Below, in pieces: positions 1-11,908 of a stretch of DNA of 64,000 nucleotides. The position numbers and the translations under genes were made by a program. How positions within the stretch are numbered: the stretch's first letter is position 1; every line of letters starts with the position of its first letter. Source of the stretch: Leptogorgia sarmentosa (taxonomy: Eukaryota); assembly GCA_964658305.1 (NCBI GenBank), contig OZ210885.1, positions 20,894,001-20,958,000 of the forward strand, written 5' to 3'. Under the pieces are notes generated by a model. The model was not told where the DNA came from. It saw only the letters and a list, made by a program, of their open reading frames with translations, and did no database searches.

Positions 1-213
1 GTGAAAAATATGGCTTTTACCTTAAACAAGACTAACAAAAATTACATAGTTGAGTGGAATTTTCAAGCTGTTAGCATTGTATTATGTGATTTATTATACA
101 ACAGTGCAGCGTGTAATTAATGCATGAATTCATGCGTAACTTGCTATTATAAAAGCATAATGAAGTAACGTAAACGGGTGCCCTTTTTATATAGATGGAT
201 AGATAGATAGATA

Positions 214-883
214 CCGGGTGTCCCAAAAAAAAGTACTCTGGTTTGATTCGTAATAACTTTAAAAATAACTTTAAAGCTATTAAACAAAAACAACTCGCAG
301 TAGATAGAGGGAAGACTAACTTAGATTTTGATATATTACACTTGTATTTTACTTTGACATTGACGGAGATATTAATGTTCAAAATGAAGAGCATGTGTCT
401 GGATGTGTGTAAAATATGCAAAAAATGGCGTATCAAATTAACTGAGCGTTATTCAATAGTTCGTTTAGTTGGGGCAGGAATATTACCCCAACGACCCGGC
501 CATCGTCTTCGAACTTCTGCTGCATTTCCACATCTTCCATGCTCCAAGCATACCCAAACCCTTTGATCTTTATTTAATCTTGGCATGTTTAAACTCAGTA
601 ATAATTTATAGAAATATAAGTCACCCCAATGTGTGTTCAAGTTGAGCAAAGCTTGATCAATTTTGATACCGCGTTTTTTGGTATATTTTCGACACATCTG
701 AAAGTACGCTACCGATTTTGAACACAAATATCTTCGTGAATTTTTAACTAAAATACAAGTGTAATATATCAAAATCTAAGTTTGGCTTCCCTTTATCTAC
801 TGTGAGTTGCTTTTGTTTCATAGCTTAACTCGTTCAAAAGTTGTTATGAATCAAACCAGAGTACTTTTTTTTGGGACACCCGG
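214..883. mobile_element. Tc1/mariner-type non-autonomous element (MITE-like deletion derivative)
   Basis: TIRs CCGGGTGTCCCAAAAAAAAGTACTCTGGTTTGATTC at 214 and its reverse complement ending at 883, with TA on both sides (212-213, 884-885). It keeps a minus-strand remnant (586-449, MPRLNKDQRVWVCLEHGR...PAPTKRTIE) resembling the N-terminal HTH (DUF4817-like) of mariner-type transposases. Confidence 0.88.
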
Positions 884-991
884 TAGATAGTTTATTAACT
901 AAAACATTGCAGCCATAGGCTGAATTACGTTAAGTTTACAAAATTATTATAGCTACTAAGATATAAATGATAAATATAAAATGTGACAAAT

Positions 992-2620
992 CTAATTATT
1001 GAAAACATGACTAAAGATAAAACTGTTCTTGCAACGTTCAGTCTTGCATTTTGGTAGTTTATATGATCTTTGACTCCTAAGAGAGTACTTAAGTATGTCC
1101 TTTTCAGGCAAAAGTGAGTACAATTTATGGTCTTTGTTTGCTTGGATCTCAGCGAAGAGCTTGGAGGAGATATCTTCTCTTCTTTCAGATAGTGTGGGTA
1201 AACCAGACGCGCAGATGGATTCAGCATAAGACAAATCAGGGTAGATGACCCGAAGAGCACGTCTTTGGAGACATTCCAGGTCATCACTCAGATAGGCTGG
1301 CAGAGCACGGTGGAAAACTGGGCTGGCATATTCCAAAATCGACCTGATACACGTACAGTAGAATAGAATGAGGTCTTCCGGGCCAACTCTCGATCTCTTG
1401 AGCTGCTTTAAACAATAAAGACGAGAAGCAGCTTTCTTTACCAGTTCAGATATATGAACATTCCACTTGAGATCATTACTAACGATCAGTCCCAAGATTT
1501 TAGCCCTGGACACAACTTCAAGGGGCTTGCCATTTACTTCTACTGGGCCATTAGTAGGCTGTTTCTTTGCAAAACAAATCCTGATCTCTTTGCACTTGCT
1601 TTCGTTAAGTTGGAAGTCGTTGGAGAGAGACTGTCTAGAAAGACAGTCTACAGCAGCTTCAATGTTACTGGTTTGGCCTTTCTCTTGCACCTCTAAAATT
1701 GTGGTGTCGTCTATGTATTTCCACATAGATACTCCCTGAAATCTGAGGTCGCTGATCATTTTTAGAAAGAGCCACGGGCCTAGTTTGGTCCCTTGGGGCA
1801 CCCCAGCAGGAACAGAAATCCATTCTGAATAGCAGTCATTCACAAGCTTGACACATTGCTTTCGGTTCATCAGAAAGTCTATGATCCAATATTGTACTTG
1901 TCGTGGGATGTCATACGCGGACATTTGCTGCACTAGGATGTTGTGGTTAATGAGGTCAAAAGCCTTGCGAAAGTCAAACAATACAACACGGTTCGTAGCT
2001 CCGTTTCCATCAGTACTCACGTAAAGCTTGTGCGTTATGTTAATAAGGGCATGTGTGGTACTCGATTTAGGGATCGTACGAAATTGGTGAACGTCGATTT
2101 TCTTAAGGACAGCAGGTTTTACATAGCTTTCCACGACGTGGTCCTTCGCAATCTTGGAGATAATTGGTGTAAGTGAGATTGGGCAAAGATGTTTATTTAT
2201 GTCTTGAATTGGTCTTTGCTTGAGGACCGGGACGACATCTGCTTCTTTCCAGACAGGTGTTAATCGCCCTTCTTGGTAGGAACAGTTGAGAATATCACAT
2301 ATTGGACCAGCCAGAAGATCGGCGTTTTCTTTCAGGAGCCATGCTGGGATTGCGTCGGGGCCTTGCGCTTTAGTTGGATTGAGCGTCACGAGTTTCTTAA
2401 AAGTAGACATTTCAGTCATAAGTGGAAATTCGTCAGTGAGGTCCCCCGGTACAGCATGTTGTTGGAGAGGGTTGCAGGTGAGTGGTTCAAGGTTTTCCAT
2501 TGGAGTCAAAAAACTTGTATTGATAAAGTTGGCGCAATCCTTTGCTGATTTTCCACTAACGCCTTCAAGATGATGTAATGATTTCAGGACATTGCTGTCT
2601 TCAGTGCTTGGGCTGGACAT
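992..2620 (-). pseudogene. LINE ORF2 reverse transcriptase portion
   Basis: Motifs KAQGPDAIP, FDFRKAFD, GVPQGTKLGP, KYIDDTT. Separated from the endonuclease part by frameshifts and stops (2620-2830). Confidence 0.9.
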
Positions 2621-4815
2621 ACCACTCTTTCTTTACCTCTTTCCACCAGCTAGACGGCGAACACTCTTTAAGGTGTTCAACTTCACATTCGTAGTACTTC
2701 GCCCGGCAGGTCTTGCGTTTGCGATTAACTCTATTCCTCAGGTGACGAAACTCCTCTCTCCTCGTTCACTTGATTGAGATACGTCCGCATTGCGAGTCGA
2801 TTACTGGGTCTCAGATCTCTGAATAAAACGGGGTGTTTAACTTGAGAAGATTTAGGTCGTTGCTTTGGCTGTACTTCAACTTGACTTGTCTAAGGTCTGA
2901 GAGTCCAAACGCAGGACGCTTGATTGGTGGGTTGTAGTAGGTCTTCAAGTTGGTTAGGATTTTGTCCAATGTGTTCCCACCGCGAGTTGGAAAGTGAATG
3001 ATTTGCTTCAAATCAAAATTTGATTTTAACCACGAATCATTGAGTTGATTTGGGTCGCCTAGTAAGATTATACCGGTGTTCGGGTGTTTGGACTCGATAT
3101 CTGATAAACAGCTAGTGAGATAGTCAAGCATTACAGAGTTGTTTGCTGTTGGTGGATGGTGAACGAGGCCGATTATAATATTGGAGATTCCCCTAGGGAG
3201 TCGATGTGGTCTTATTGTGATCCATAGTACTTCCAAACCATCGGTCTTATCAGTGAGATCGTCTAAAATGGCGAAATGGATTAGTTCATTTAGGTATATA
3301 CATACACCTCCATGGATTGAGGAACGATATATAGCGAGTAAAAACGTTGAAGCCGAACGATAACAATGATGATGAAGATCGGCGGTTATATCCATTATAT
3401 GACATTTTACCATATTAATTTCATAAGATAATTAAGAATAAATTAATAAGACTAACGACAAAGGTGGACAAATTGATAACGTACATGGCATACAGAATGA
3501 ATTTAAATTGTTTTACCAACTCTGGTCCGAACTTCAAGACGGGTACGATGCTTTGAAAGATTTACTGACGGAAGAACAGAAGATTACCGAGGACGTTTGC
3601 TATGTAGAACTAACAACAAAACTATTAGACTTTAAGAATAAAATTCAAAACTGGATTACTGGAAACAACGCATCAAAGATCAAATAGACTCCAAATACAA
3701 CTCATCCCGGGACTCCCGCCCAAGTATTTTTAGACCAACCAAAAGCTTGTGCTATGCAGTGGTTTAAACTTTGCCATTTCTAGACCTGTTTCCGCGAAGG
3801 ATGTACAAGCATCCTTTGAGAGTGCGTACAGAACACTTGAGCACACCCTAGATGAGGATAAGAAAGAGTTGACGCAATCAAAAGGTTCGTCAAATTGCTC
3901 TAACACGTTGTCATTAGTGTCCGCGCGGGCCAAGGAAATGGCAAAGTTAGCGGAACTTAAAGTCAAAGCTAATATTTTAGAGAAAATACAAGCATTACAA
4001 AACGAGATCGAGAAGTTAACTTTGCAGGAAAAGATAGCCGTAGCCGAAGCTAGAGAACAAGCCTACGAGCAATTCATAGTACAGACTGACAGTGAACTTA
4101 AGACCAATAATAATTACGGGGATGGAATGAATGAATATTTAGAAACAGCAGGCTTATCTGCAGAAAAAGCCACTTGAGCAAGAAAATCCGAGCTTATTGA
4201 AACTGAGCATTTGTTACAGCAAGACAAAGTAAAGGATTTTCGAACTGCGTCACCTCAACCATCATCTACCCCCCGTACTTCCACTTCATACAAGATCCCT
4301 CCACTTTCTGAACATTTTGCTCCATGCCAAAGTGAACCAACAAACTCACTTATTAGAGACCTTTAGCTTGACGTTTTTGGTCCAAAACCGCAAACCGCAA
4401 ACCGGGAATTATCACGTGACCATGGCCTTGCGGTCACGTTCGCCGTTTGACGTTCGCGTTTCAACCTCAAGAAGGCCTTCTTGCGGTAAGTGAAATACGG
4501 CAATGTTTTTCACAATTTATACACACCAAATACAGGTTTAAGCTTTTTTTTATTAAACTTTGGCTCTTTGCCTTAATATTTAGCCAATTTTTAGTTCTTT
4601 TGTGTAATTTTTAAGAGAGTTAGGACTCTTTGGAACGAACATGTCAGACAGCATTCACAGCAATACCGAATTCAACATGGCGCTGTGCAACACAGTGTAT
4701 ATTTACACGTGTTTACTGCAATTGAACTGCTAAGATTTTCTTCCAAGTTTGTAGTGGACATTTAATAGTTAAGATACATTTTATTCTTTCTAGACTGAAG
4801 TTTTACAACGAAATT

Positions 4816-6259
4816 ATGGCACCATTTAGGTGGTCCATGTCACTGCACGACATTATGCTTGCCAAGGAAGTTGCTGCGAGGAGGCCAAACCTGGCTTCAG
4901 ATTGGGATTCCATTGCTACCGCTCTCAGCGAGGCTTTCAGTACAGATGAGAAAAAAGTCGATTTAACAGGGAGAGCGTGTCGTGAGCGTATGAATAGGTT
5001 GCTACAAAAGTACAGGGAAGATGACAGAAAATCTTTAAAAAAGTGGGTATTAAACAAATGTTTATTTACATATTTTTCTGCTTTTGAACTATAATAAAAG
5101 GCTTTAGCTTATAGAAAATGCATAATGAGCAGGGCCTTACAGAGATAAGGGATAATAAATTTTAAAATACAGGTGAACTGCAGGGGCATTCTCTTTGCAC
5201 TCCCACCCACTCCTGTTTTACCTCAGATTGCCCAAAGTCAGTATGGGGTGGGGGTGTCCACTCCACCCCCCTTCCCTCCCTCCCTTGGGTGTGCCTCTGA
5301 TATATATATATATTCTACCCCATAGATTCTCATTCTACCCCATATATTGTTGTTTTCTATAATTTTCATTTATTTTCATGTCCCCATGATGTTTTTGACC
5401 CAACAAGGTCTGGTACAGAAGAAGAGTACAGTGAACTCATGCAGCTTTTAGAGGATATATCGACATACAGGAGGGACATGGATGAACAAAAACAACAGGA
5501 AAAGGAAAACAAAAGCCGGAAGGAAAAAGAAGATAGGCAAAAGGCATTGGAGATGCGAGATGCTGCACTCACTACAATCAAAAGTGAGCCATATTGACAA
5601 TTTATTAACCCATTTGCTTGGATTTTAATGTACTGTGTTGTATGCCTCAGTTTTGTCTCAATTGTGACTGTCATATGTGCAGAAATCTGTTTGGGAAATC
5701 CTGTCCATTAGTGGATTAAGACTTTTTGTACAAAAAAATGTTATCATTTGCTCTTATCAGTCATTAAATATCTATATGAGAGTAATTGTCTATTCAGTAA
5801 TCACAATATCAATTCAGATGTTCTCAATATTTTATTGTATAGAAAGGAGGCATAGCAGTGACACGACTAACAGTGATGATGAAATTAGCAGCTCTGATGA
5901 TAGTAGTTCTAGCAGCAGCAAAGTCAAAGACAGGAAAAGTTAATACAGTACCACTTGTTAATGCTCATTGATTACTGAAACAAAGTTCCTGCTCTGAACT
6001 GAATAACGCTTTCATTTTTATCCTTACAGGACCCATAAAGAAGCAGAACAGAGCAAGTAAATTATCTGCTATAGAAATGCTTTCAACAAAAAATCGCAAA
6101 AAAGCTGAATTAAAGGATAAAGAGCTTGAGTTGAGAAAGTTAGAACTTCAGTTTCAAAAAGAAAAATTTGAAGCAGAGGCTGAAGAAAGAAGAGTTAAAC
6201 TTGAACTTGAAGTTGAAGAAAGAAAGACAGTGATTGGTCTGCTAAAAGACAGGCTTTAG
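4816..6259 (+). CDS. Harbinger accessory Myb/SANT-like DNA-binding protein with coiled-coil tail (4 exons, ~242 aa)
   Basis: Predicted exons 4816-5042, 5408-5583, 5843-5938, 6030-6259, all GT-AG and phase-compatible (729 nt, open). Trp-containing trihelix-like N-terminus (FRW..HDIMLAKEV..DWDSIA..ACRERMNRLL..Y), then SGTEEEY and an E/K-rich C-terminus. Confidence 0.82.
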
Positions 6260-6812
6260 CCATCTTTGTTGGTTTACCACAACAGCTGGTTATATGTTTA
6301 CATGTTGTGTTAAAATGTTGGTTTTATTATGTTATGTTCTGAAAGACAATAGTTTTGTTCTTCATTGGGGACCAGTCATTATTTAAAGGGAATTCTTATA
6401 TTTCATATTTTTTATTGAATGTCTCCATTCTAAATAATCATGGTAAACCGTTCATATTACAAAATTATCTGTTTCTTCCCCCATCAGTAAGTCAGTACTC
6501 TAGTCACAAGAATTGCTCAAAATATATTACTTAAAGCCAATTTTCTGTTTGATCAATTTTCCATTACATTACAAATTTAATAGCCACCATATTACTGTTT
6601 TATTAATGTCCATACATATCTCTCCCAATTTTTACCCAGCCCACTTTTATAAATAATGATCAGTCCCTTGCCTCATATTATATTTCCATGTATGTACCTT
6701 ATAAACAGGTGTGATTAACTTGATGCCACATGTTTAGGAATGATTGTTTTAATAGATTTTGTAATTAAAAATACAGTCATTAGTTCTATTTAAAGAACGT
6801 GTATCTTTCACA

Positions 6813-8236
6813 TCACACATGATTTGAAAGATATGTCTCCAATGTTGGAGGATGTAAATTAAAATATTTACCAGTAAGGGAGCCATATAAACAAGTATGA
6901 CAGTTTACCAAGATTGTGGCAACCAAGTAATATTTTCCTACTGGTTGTAAAAGAACCTTCAGGTTTTTCTTGAAGTCTAGGAATGCAAAGTTCTGGCAAA
7001 TTTTACCGAAGCCCCACTCCACGGAAACCCGACATTTACTCATTTTTGAATTAAAGGTTTTTTGATAATTGGACAAACCTACTCCTCGATAAGGGGATAG
7101 AATGTTCCCAGTTATCCCATATGCAGGATCACCATAAATTACGTAAGGCTCTCCATCTGGCTGACGTAATCGTTGCAGTTTCTCCATTAGGCCACTTTCA
7201 CCTAACATAAAGGCATCATGCCGTCTTCCTTCGATGGGGCCAAACATGTGGGCAATTAACCCGTTAGGTGCTTGTACAGACTAAAAAGTAAAAAGAAACA
7301 AAGGTGGTTGTTTCCACATTTTTTGGGGGAAAAAGAAAATAAAGATAGACAAACCTGGAACTTTATACAGTGTATTCTTTTATGTCCACTGTACATAACT
7401 CGTTGGCTACGGATTGGACGGGCAATTGGCCTAGGTGTCCCATCAACAAAACCCCAACACTGGGTTAGAGGGGCTCCTTTGTCATGTATTGTATTAGAAA
7501 ATAGCTCGGGGTCAAGCCATACAAGATCTAGAGAATCCAGCAAGTGGTGGAAACGGTCATAAAGATCATCAATTACCTAAAAATATTAGCTGATATGTTA
7601 GCAATACGTGGTTTCATTGTGTTTGGTTCCTAAACTAAAGCATATGCATAAGTATGTGTATATTATAAACGAATTTATACCTTATTAACGATCAGACTAA
7701 GTTCCGTCTCAGATCTACCGAATAATTGTTCTAAATCACATAATCTGTTGGGATACGAAAATCGTCGAAGAAGTATCATCAATCCTTCTATGCCTGTTGC
7801 ACTAGTCCTTTGCTGACAGGTGTAATACTCAGGAATTTGGAGAGCGTTGTGTAGTCTGAACATATCCTCTTTTTGGAACCTAAAAAGGTAAATAAACACG
7901 AATCCAACTCTTTTTCTTTTCTAAAACAAATTCCATAGGAAAATAATACCTGAACATTCTTTCACAACGCTCTTCACTGACGTCTTCAAGGTTTAGCCTA
8001 GGAATCTTCGTGTCTGTTTTTGGAGGGAAGATAGAATCGAGTACTAAAATGTCGAAGTCGTCATCCTGTGATTCATCGTCGCTAGATTGATCAGAGCTGT
8101 CTTCATACACCATGATTGTTAGGATATCATTATAATTCTTCCTATTATAAAAATATATCAGCAAAAGTTCAATAAATGAAACTATATGTCGACCAGTCAA
8201 TAATAACAAATATAATCACCTCGATGCAGCCGCCAT
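6813..8236 (-). CDS. Harbinger/HARBI1-like DDE transposase (5 exons, ~365 aa)
   Basis: Predicted exons 8236-8220, 8141-7950, 7879-7681, 7576-7355, 7280-6813, GT-AG, 1098 nt, open. Motifs WGFVDGT (D), YSGHKRIHCIKFQ, GRRHD, YGDPAY (D), RVSVEWGFG (E). Confidence 0.9.
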
Positions 8237-8387
8237 TTTTGTTCCAGTACCCAGAAGTTATATTTGCGTAAGCAAGAATGTGATCGCCATGCTAAATGTG
8301 TCAAAATAAACAAACGTCTAACCGCTAACCTGTAACCGCGGTTTGCGGTTTGCGGTTTTGTACCAAGACGTCAAGCTAAAGGTCTCT

Positions 8388-8787
8388 ACTGATCTGTTGA
8401 CGCATATTTTGGAAAGGCAGAACAAGTTGACTAAGATCTTATCAGACCAACACCAACAAGGACTTTTACCTTCACTTGGCATATCAAAATTTAAAGGCGA
8501 CCCAATCGATTATCACGTTTTCATACGTACCTTTAAAACAAGAATTGAATCGAGATTGAATTCAAATGAAGCTCGACTGCAACATCTAGAACAACACCTC
8601 GAGGGAGAAGCAAAAGAGCTCATTAAGGGATGTCTCCACATGGAACCGAGTTTGGGCTACGCTGAAAGTAAAAGATTACTTGATGAAAAGTACGGAGACC
8701 CGTACCAAGTTTCAAACGCGTATCTAGCACAAGTAACTAATTGGCCCGCACTTAAGCCGGGTGATGATGTAGCCTTGGATATATTTT
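8388..8787 (+). pseudogene. BEL/Pao gag fragment (DUF1759-like) between the Harbinger and Copia insertions
   Basis: FKGDPIDYHVFIRTF...LEQHLEGEAKELIKGC...LLDEKYGDPY. Continues at 32216 (FATFLTQC...KKLPFFLQERW). Confidence 0.85.
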
Positions 8788-9052
8788 TGTTTAACTCATT
8801 TTGTTATAATCGTCCTTTTATTAAAGATTCACAATATCAACTATAACAAGTTACAGCTTACACACTATATCTTACACGAGGTCGAAAATCAAGAAGTATA
8901 CATCCCATGATGCAACAGCGTCCGATTACGTAATATGAAAACATCTGCCTCGTCCCCAGGCGCTAGATATGCTATTTATACGCTCGTACGGTTATGCACT
9001 ATATTGCAGGCTTACATGAAGTAGCAGGCTGGTGCGCAAGGGTGCGCAAAGC

Positions 9053-11908
9053 ATGGAGGGATGTAGGTGTTTCGGAGAGCGCCTGGCAGATCTTGAAACT
9101 GTCATGGCGGACAAAGAGAGCACTCATGTGGAAACGTTGGGAAAGCCATTTGATTTCAACAAGCGGCCTGTGCATGTAGCCTTTTTACATAAAAGGCTGC
9201 CATGCGCCCATCATTTTTGTTCTAAAAATGTAATATTCTTCGAAGAAAGTGGACTGGACCACCATATGCGAACGATTCATCGGACAAAACTCAACGACGG
9301 CAATGTGAAGGCTGCTAGAGTTTTATTTAATGTTTTGCACGGTGAAGAAACTGCCAGATGCCTCAAGGAGTTATTCCATTTACGATCGACGCAGGTATTA
9401 TTACGTAACCATTTTATGTAATCCTATTTGAAATGCAAATTTTTGCGCTTTCTAGTGAGTTCATTAATATGTATATTCGTATGATCATGTTTTCTTAGAG
9501 TGAATCATTCACGAAGTTCCACGTTGAAGCAAACGGCATTGGCATGGAAGCTTTTGCACACACCGCCACCGAAGCAGCTAAGCTTATTGGTATGTTGCTG
9601 ATGCATTTAGGGAAACTTCGAGCATTTGAAGTGATTAATGTCAAGAACGACGAAGTACATGTTGAGTTCCTAGCTTGGTACTGTCTGCGCAAAGGAAGAT
9701 ATGAGATAAAGCTGCAATCAAGATATGTTAGAAGGGTAAGACTTAGTACCGATATAGCATTATATAAATTTGTTTGTTTTCAAAAATTGAAAGTACAACA
9801 CAGTTGTCAGAATGTTTACATGACATAATTTGGTGTGGTTGCCTGTTTTGTTGTAATAATTTCTTAGCCATTTTTCACAAGTACACTGCCACAAAAATAT
9901 CCAGGTTATGCTCGCTGTTGAACAAAAGACAGAGCAATAAATATCAAAACTATGTGAACTTCAAAAAAAACTGTGGTGCTGCATTTATAGACAGTGTGAT
10001 TGTGAAGTATATAGCCAAAGGTAGAAATGTGGTAAACTCAGAGAAGGGCTTTTCCTCGAAACGTCAGCTCACTAACCACATTTGGCAGTTTACCACATTT
10101 CTACCTTTGGTTATGTGAACTTCATTTATTATTGGTAGTATTTTTTAAAAATCAAATCATTGATCAACTAAGTTAACATATATAGTGTATACATGTAATT
10201 TTACATTAGTCATTTATAACAGTTTACAATTATGTTCACAATGCTAGATAAATATTAACAACATGTTTCCCTAATTAAATTACAGGTATTCATATCCATT
10301 GAGAGCACATCATCACTGCAACCAATAACAAGCCCAGTTCAGTGCACTATTGACAGGTGACAAAGTGATGGATCTGTTGCAACATGTGTTTGGCTACAGT
10401 TCCTTCAAGCAAGGTCAAGAAGAAACAATAAGAGCCATTTTAGAAGGATCTGATGTTTTGGTTGTCATGCCAACAGGAGGAGGTAAAACCTTGTGTTATG
10501 CCATACCAGCAATAATATCAAAGGGGCTCACTATAGTTGTATCTCCTTTGCTGGCATTGATGGATGACCAAGTTAGATGATTAAGAGAGAAAAAGATTAA
10601 TGTTTGTTACATAAATTCGAGAATGTCAGCAGAGGAAAGAGATGTTGTGGTCCACTGTCTCTCTCAAGAAGAGTGTCCTTATGACATGTTGCTGATCACT
10701 CCTGAAGCATTGTTAACCACCCAGTTTCAAGCAGTGGTGAAGAAAATGTCAGAAACAGGAAATCTGGCAAGAATTGTCGTGGATGAGGCACACTGTGTGG
10801 ACACATGGGGCAATGACTTCAGGCCAAGTTACTCTCAGTTAGCTGTATTTAAGGATCATGACATTCAGATGGTTGCATTTACTGGTACAGCTACTGAAGT
10901 TACAAAACAGCACATTGTTGAAAGCCTACAACTTAAAAGTCCACACACAGTTCGAGTATCACTGGAGAGACCAAATTTACTGTTTACAGTAGCAGAAAAA
11001 AAGAATTGAAATCAATGGAAGAAATTGCAGAGACTATCGTAAAAGAACATCCAGGAGAATGTGGCATAGTCTATTGTTTTTCAACAAGAGACACTTTAGA
11101 CATGGCTTATAAACTTAAACGATGTGGAATAAATGCTGTGTACTATCATGGGCAACTTGACTTATTCGAGAAAGACAGAAATGCAGCTATTTGGTTGGAA
11201 AGTAGGGCAGATGTTATGTGTGCCACAAATGCATTTGGCATGGCCATCGATAAAAAAGATGTTAGATTTGTGATTCACCATTCTTTACCCAAGTCAATGG
11301 AAGAATATTTTCAGGAGGCTGGCAGGGCTGGAAGAGATGGTGATTCAGCACACTGTACTTTGTTCTTCCGATTCCAAGATAGGATGAAACATTTGAAACA
11401 CATAAGCGAAATTCAAGATCTATCTCACAGAGCATGTGCAAAGAAGAGGCTCGATGAAATTACGAAGTTTTGCATTGCAAAGAAATGCCGGAAGCAAACA
11501 ATGCTAGAGTATTTCAATGACCATGTTACCGATCCTTGCCAAACATGTGATGCATGTCGTAACTCCACAGGACAGTTAAGTGACATGACAATCCCAGCCA
11601 ATGACCTCATCGATTGTGTGGCAGAAATCCTCACAGTTCAAGCAAGAGTGTCAGCCAAATTTGTTGTTTTAGTATACCGTGGCCATAAAGTAAGAGATAT
11701 TGTAGCAAAGGGATTGCACAACTTACCTTCATTTGGGAAAGGGAAAAGAGTTTTTAAGAACGACAAAGGTGCAATGAAGCTTTTGCATCTACTAATTTCA
11801 TTGGGATTCTTATCAGTGAACCTTGCTTTGGCTGAAAATCAGTCAACACCATTTATTACTGTAGATGAACAAGGTCATGTTCCAGATGGCTTGGTTATTA
11901 AAATGTAG
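9053..11908 (+). pseudogene. Transposon-borne RecQ-family SF2 helicase, probably with an N-terminal C2H2-finger exon
   Basis: Helicase core 10350-11908: FKQGQ, MPTGGGKT, VVSPLLALMDDQ, VVDEAHCV, FTGTAT, ATNAFGMAID, QEAGRAGRDG, and RQC zinc site CRK...CQTCDAC. Premature TGA at 10578 and a frameshift near 11005. Upstream candidate exons 9053-9394 and 9499-9735 (C..HHFC...LDHHMRTIH) splice in phase with each other; joining them to the 10286 acceptor needs a further 1-nt frameshift. Confidence 0.88.

Larger units (their letters stand above)
195..3321 (-). mobile_element. 5'-truncated CR1/L2-group LINE with (CTAT)n tail
   Basis: APE endonuclease fragment (HGGVCIY...IILLGD..Q..HFPTRGGNTLDKILTN, ~3315-2830) followed by the RT ORF. 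Minus-strand AATAAA (896-891) is followed by a CTAT-repeat tail that the MITE interrupts. Confidence 0.88.
69..3414 (+). repeat. 5' LTR of BEL/Pao element, split by a LINE (about 195-3321)
   Basis: AGTGCAGCGTGTAATTAATGC...GGGTGCCCTTTTTATATAG (103-194) and AACGATATATAGCGAGTAAAA...TTTTACCATA (3322-3414) both match the 3' LTR. About 90 bp present in the 3' LTR is missing at the LINE insertion point. Confidence 0.85.
4355..8387. mobile_element. PIF/Harbinger DNA transposon, apparently intact, two convergent genes
   Basis: TIR AGAGACCTTTAGCTTGACGT..TTGGT.CAAAACCGCAAACCGC at 4355 with its reverse complement ending at 8387. Flanks are ATT/ACT (3-bp TSD, one mismatch). It interrupts BEL gag. Confidence 0.92.

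Noticed and set aside
2811..3413. 200-aa ORF as a novel protein
   Set aside because: Chimeric: the first ~31 aa are antisense BEL LTR and the rest is truncated LINE endonuclease.
8343..8846. 167-aa standalone ORF
   Set aside because: It starts in the Harbinger TIR, runs through BEL gag and ends in the Copia LTR.
10350..11908. Host RecQ gene (BLM/WRN/RECQL orthologue)
   Set aside because: The core is intronless and disrupted, and it lies inside TIRs with a perfect TSD within a Copia LTR, so it is transposon-encoded.
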